This document shows, piece by piece, positions 29,620-31,482 of a stretch of DNA of 31,482 nucleotides. Both the position numbers and the translations under genes were made by a program. Location of the stretch: NCBI GenBank assembly GCA_039024555.1, contig JBCCQQ010000069.1:1-31482 (forward strand), given 5' to 3'. Under the pieces are notes generated by a model. That model was given only the letters and a program-made list of their open reading frames with translations. It was not told the origin of the DNA and made no database searches. This DNA comes from Cyanobacteria bacterium P01_D01_bin.156 (GTDB lineage: Bacteria; Cyanobacteriota; Cyanobacteriia; Phormidesmidales; Phormidesmidaceae). The first letter of the stretch is position 1. Each line of letters starts with the position of its first letter.

Positions 29620-31344
29620 ATGCAGCCTCGTTTTTCTCTCTCCATTGGCACTAAGATTTTTGGTATCGCCAGCAGCATGTTAGGTCTGCTATTGGGGGTG
29701 GCCTATCTCAACTATGTGCGCATTCGTCAGGTTAATCACGAGCTGATTGATATTGCCTACTATCTGGCACCTCTAACAGAGGATATCGCCAATATCAACG
29801 TCCATGTGCTTGAAGAAGAGATTCACTTTGAGCGAATGATCCGGTATTACACCATTGACAATAATAACCAAGCTAATGGTAACAATAATGCTAAAGCCAG
29901 CGATGAAGAAGAGGCTTTTAAGGAACGGGGCGAACGGGTTAAACAGGACATTGCCACTGCCATTGCCCTAGCCGACAAAGCGGCTGAGTCCGCCTATAGT
30001 CCTGAGGATATCCTTGAAATTGCTCGCCTTCGTCCACTGCTGGAAGTATTGGCATCGGAGCATCAAAATCTCCACCACTACAGTCTAGATATTATTGAAC
30101 GTCTAAAGGCTAGTGACCCCGAGGCCGCTAATCTGTTGGCTACTCAAATTACCGACTTTAAAGACGACTTTGACCATCGCATTCAAGATATCTTATTTGA
30201 ACTAACCACCTTCATTGAACAATCTGCTCACCACGCCCAGGTTACTGAACAACGAACACTGACTCTGAGCTGGTGGTTAACCGGCCTGGCTAGCGGTATC
30301 GGTTTACTATTTTCCGCTTGGGTTACCGCTGGGCTTGTACGTCCGGTACGACGATTGGTCAGCAATACGGAGAAAGTCGAACAAGGGGATCTGACTGTGG
30401 AAGTTCCCATCTACTCTGGTGATGAGATTGGTCAGCTGACAGAATCCTTTAACCACATGGTGAGCAAGATTCGTGAAAAGGAACAGCTCAAAGCCACCTT
30501 TGGCCAATATGTGGACCCCCGCATTGTTGACACATTGTTGGGACAGCCTAATTCAACCGAAGGCAGTCAACGACAGATGATGACGCTGTTCTTTTCGGAC
30601 ATGGCCAACTTTAGTAAAATTAGCGAACTGCTTACACCAACGGGGCTAGTCACCCTGATCAACCGATACTTTACCCTTGCTGCCGCTCCCATCAAGGAGC
30701 ACCACGGGGTGATTAATCAGTTTGTTGGGGATGCGGTCAGTGCATTTTGGGCTCCTCCCTTTGTAGACTCGGCAGACCATGCCAAACTAGCCTGCTACGC
30801 CGCCCTAGAACAGTTTGACCAACTCACTAAACTACGTCGCAGTTTGCCAGACTTACTAGGTATTCGAAAAGGTCTGCCAGAGATTAATATCCGCATTGGC
30901 TTAGCCTCAGGCGAGGCCCTAGCAGGGAACATTGGCTCTGAGCAGTCTAAGTCTTATACGGTATTGGGGCCAGTGACCCGGCTGGCGGAAAAACTAGAAA
31001 ATTTGAACAAAGTTTATGGAACTCGTATTTTGATGACAGCTACAACCAGGCAGCTGGCAGGCGATACAATCGAAGTGAGAGAAATTGACCAGATTGCATT
31101 ATCTGGAACGCCCGAGCCTATTTACGAACTACTGGGTATTGTCGGTAGCACAGACAATCGATTACTTATGTTGCGAGACTGCTTTCAGACAGCGTTAGAG
31201 ATTTATCGCGGCAGGTCTGGAGAGGAGGCCATCTCAAGATTTGAGGCATGTTTAGCCATAATCCCCAATGATGGTCCTTCTAAATATTATCTCGACCTAA
31301 TAACGTCAAAGAGTTCTTTTCTATCTAGCTCCAGAGCCACTTAG
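29620..31344 (+). CDS. Membrane class III adenylate cyclase subunit (same architecture), retaining metal Asp but lacking Lys/Asn/Arg (C1/alpha-like)
   Basis: HAMP (DEIGQLTESFNHM), TFGQYVDPRIV, cyclase with FFSDMANFS, NQFVGDAV, YTVLGPVTRLAEKL. Confidence 0.92.
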   Translation: MQPRFSLSIGTKIFGIASSMLGLLLGVAYLNYVRIRQVNHELIDIAYYLAPLTEDIANINVHVLEEEIHFERMIRYYTIDNNNQANGNNNAKASDEEEAFKERGERVKQDIATAIALADKAAESAYSPEDILEIARLRPLLEVLASEHQNLHHYSLDIIERLKASDPEAANLLATQITDFKDDFDHRIQDILFELTTFIEQSAHHAQVTEQRTLTLSWWLTGLASGIGLLFSAWVTAGLVRPVRRLVSNTEKVEQGDLTVEVPIYSGDEIGQLTESFNHMVSKIREKEQLKATFGQYVDPRIVDTLLGQPNSTEGSQRQMMTLFFSDMANFSKISELLTPTGLVTLINRYFTLAAAPIKEHHGVINQFVGDAVSAFWAPPFVDSADHAKLACYAALEQFDQLTKLRRSLPDLLGIRKGLPEINIRIGLASGEALAGNIGSEQSKSYTVLGPVTRLAEKLENLNKVYGTRILMTATTRQLAGDTIEVREIDQIALSGTPEPIYELLGIVGSTDNRLLMLRDCFQTALEIYRGRSGEEAISRFEACLAIIPNDGPSKYYLDLITSKSSFLSSSRAT

Positions 31345-31392
31345 GCGATTGCACAAAAATAAAATTCCAAGCAGGATTTTATTAAGCAACGT

Positions 31393-31482
31393 CCTCCCCT
31401 TAACAAGGGGAGGTGCCGTAGGCGGAGGGGTCTTCGGCCATTTGCGCTAGTTTTCCAGACCCCTCCCTGACGGTTCCCCTTG
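31393..31482. repeat. Dispersed palindromic (MITE/REP-like) element, copy 2, truncated by window end
   Basis: Hairpin cctcccctt-aac-aaggggagg (31393-31413), inner inverted pair ggaggggtct/agacccctcc, start of terminal hairpin ggttccccttg; matches 1989-2087. Confidence 0.85.

Noticed and set aside
27800..31344. Treating the two cyclases as decaying pseudogenes
   Set aside because: Both frames are intact and full length, and the losses are reciprocal rather than random.

Overview
Cyanobacterial chromosomal window (about 10 HIP1 octamers GCGATCGC and typical short dispersed repeats; probably a filamentous Leptolyngbya-like organism, which is an inference). Left end (1-8802, minus): five co-oriented genes, most with export signals: TPR-CHAT protease, Tat-signal caspase-family protease, 3-TM TPR protein, secreted/anchored TPR protein and a second, truncated TPR-array protein. 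Middle: soluble class III cyclase with three unexplained helical repeats overlapping a pentapeptide-repeat gene, acyltransferase, SGNH hydrolase, small outer-membrane barrel, DUF4399-like protein, bioA, an unlisted 59-aa secreted peptide ending in GGTR, a PEP-CTERM protein, a CxCxxC mini-protein, a DUF3299/RcnA-like fusion and a GH9 glycoside hydrolase. Right end: cupin-aldolase-hydrolase operon with a divergent Lrp regulator, then two tandem paralogous membrane adenylate cyclases. The most striking observation is that these two cyclases have lost complementary halves of the active site, which predicts an obligate two-gene heterodimeric bacterial cyclase resembling mammalian C1/C2 or soluble guanylate cyclase alpha/beta. 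All calls come from reading motifs by eye; no database search was run.
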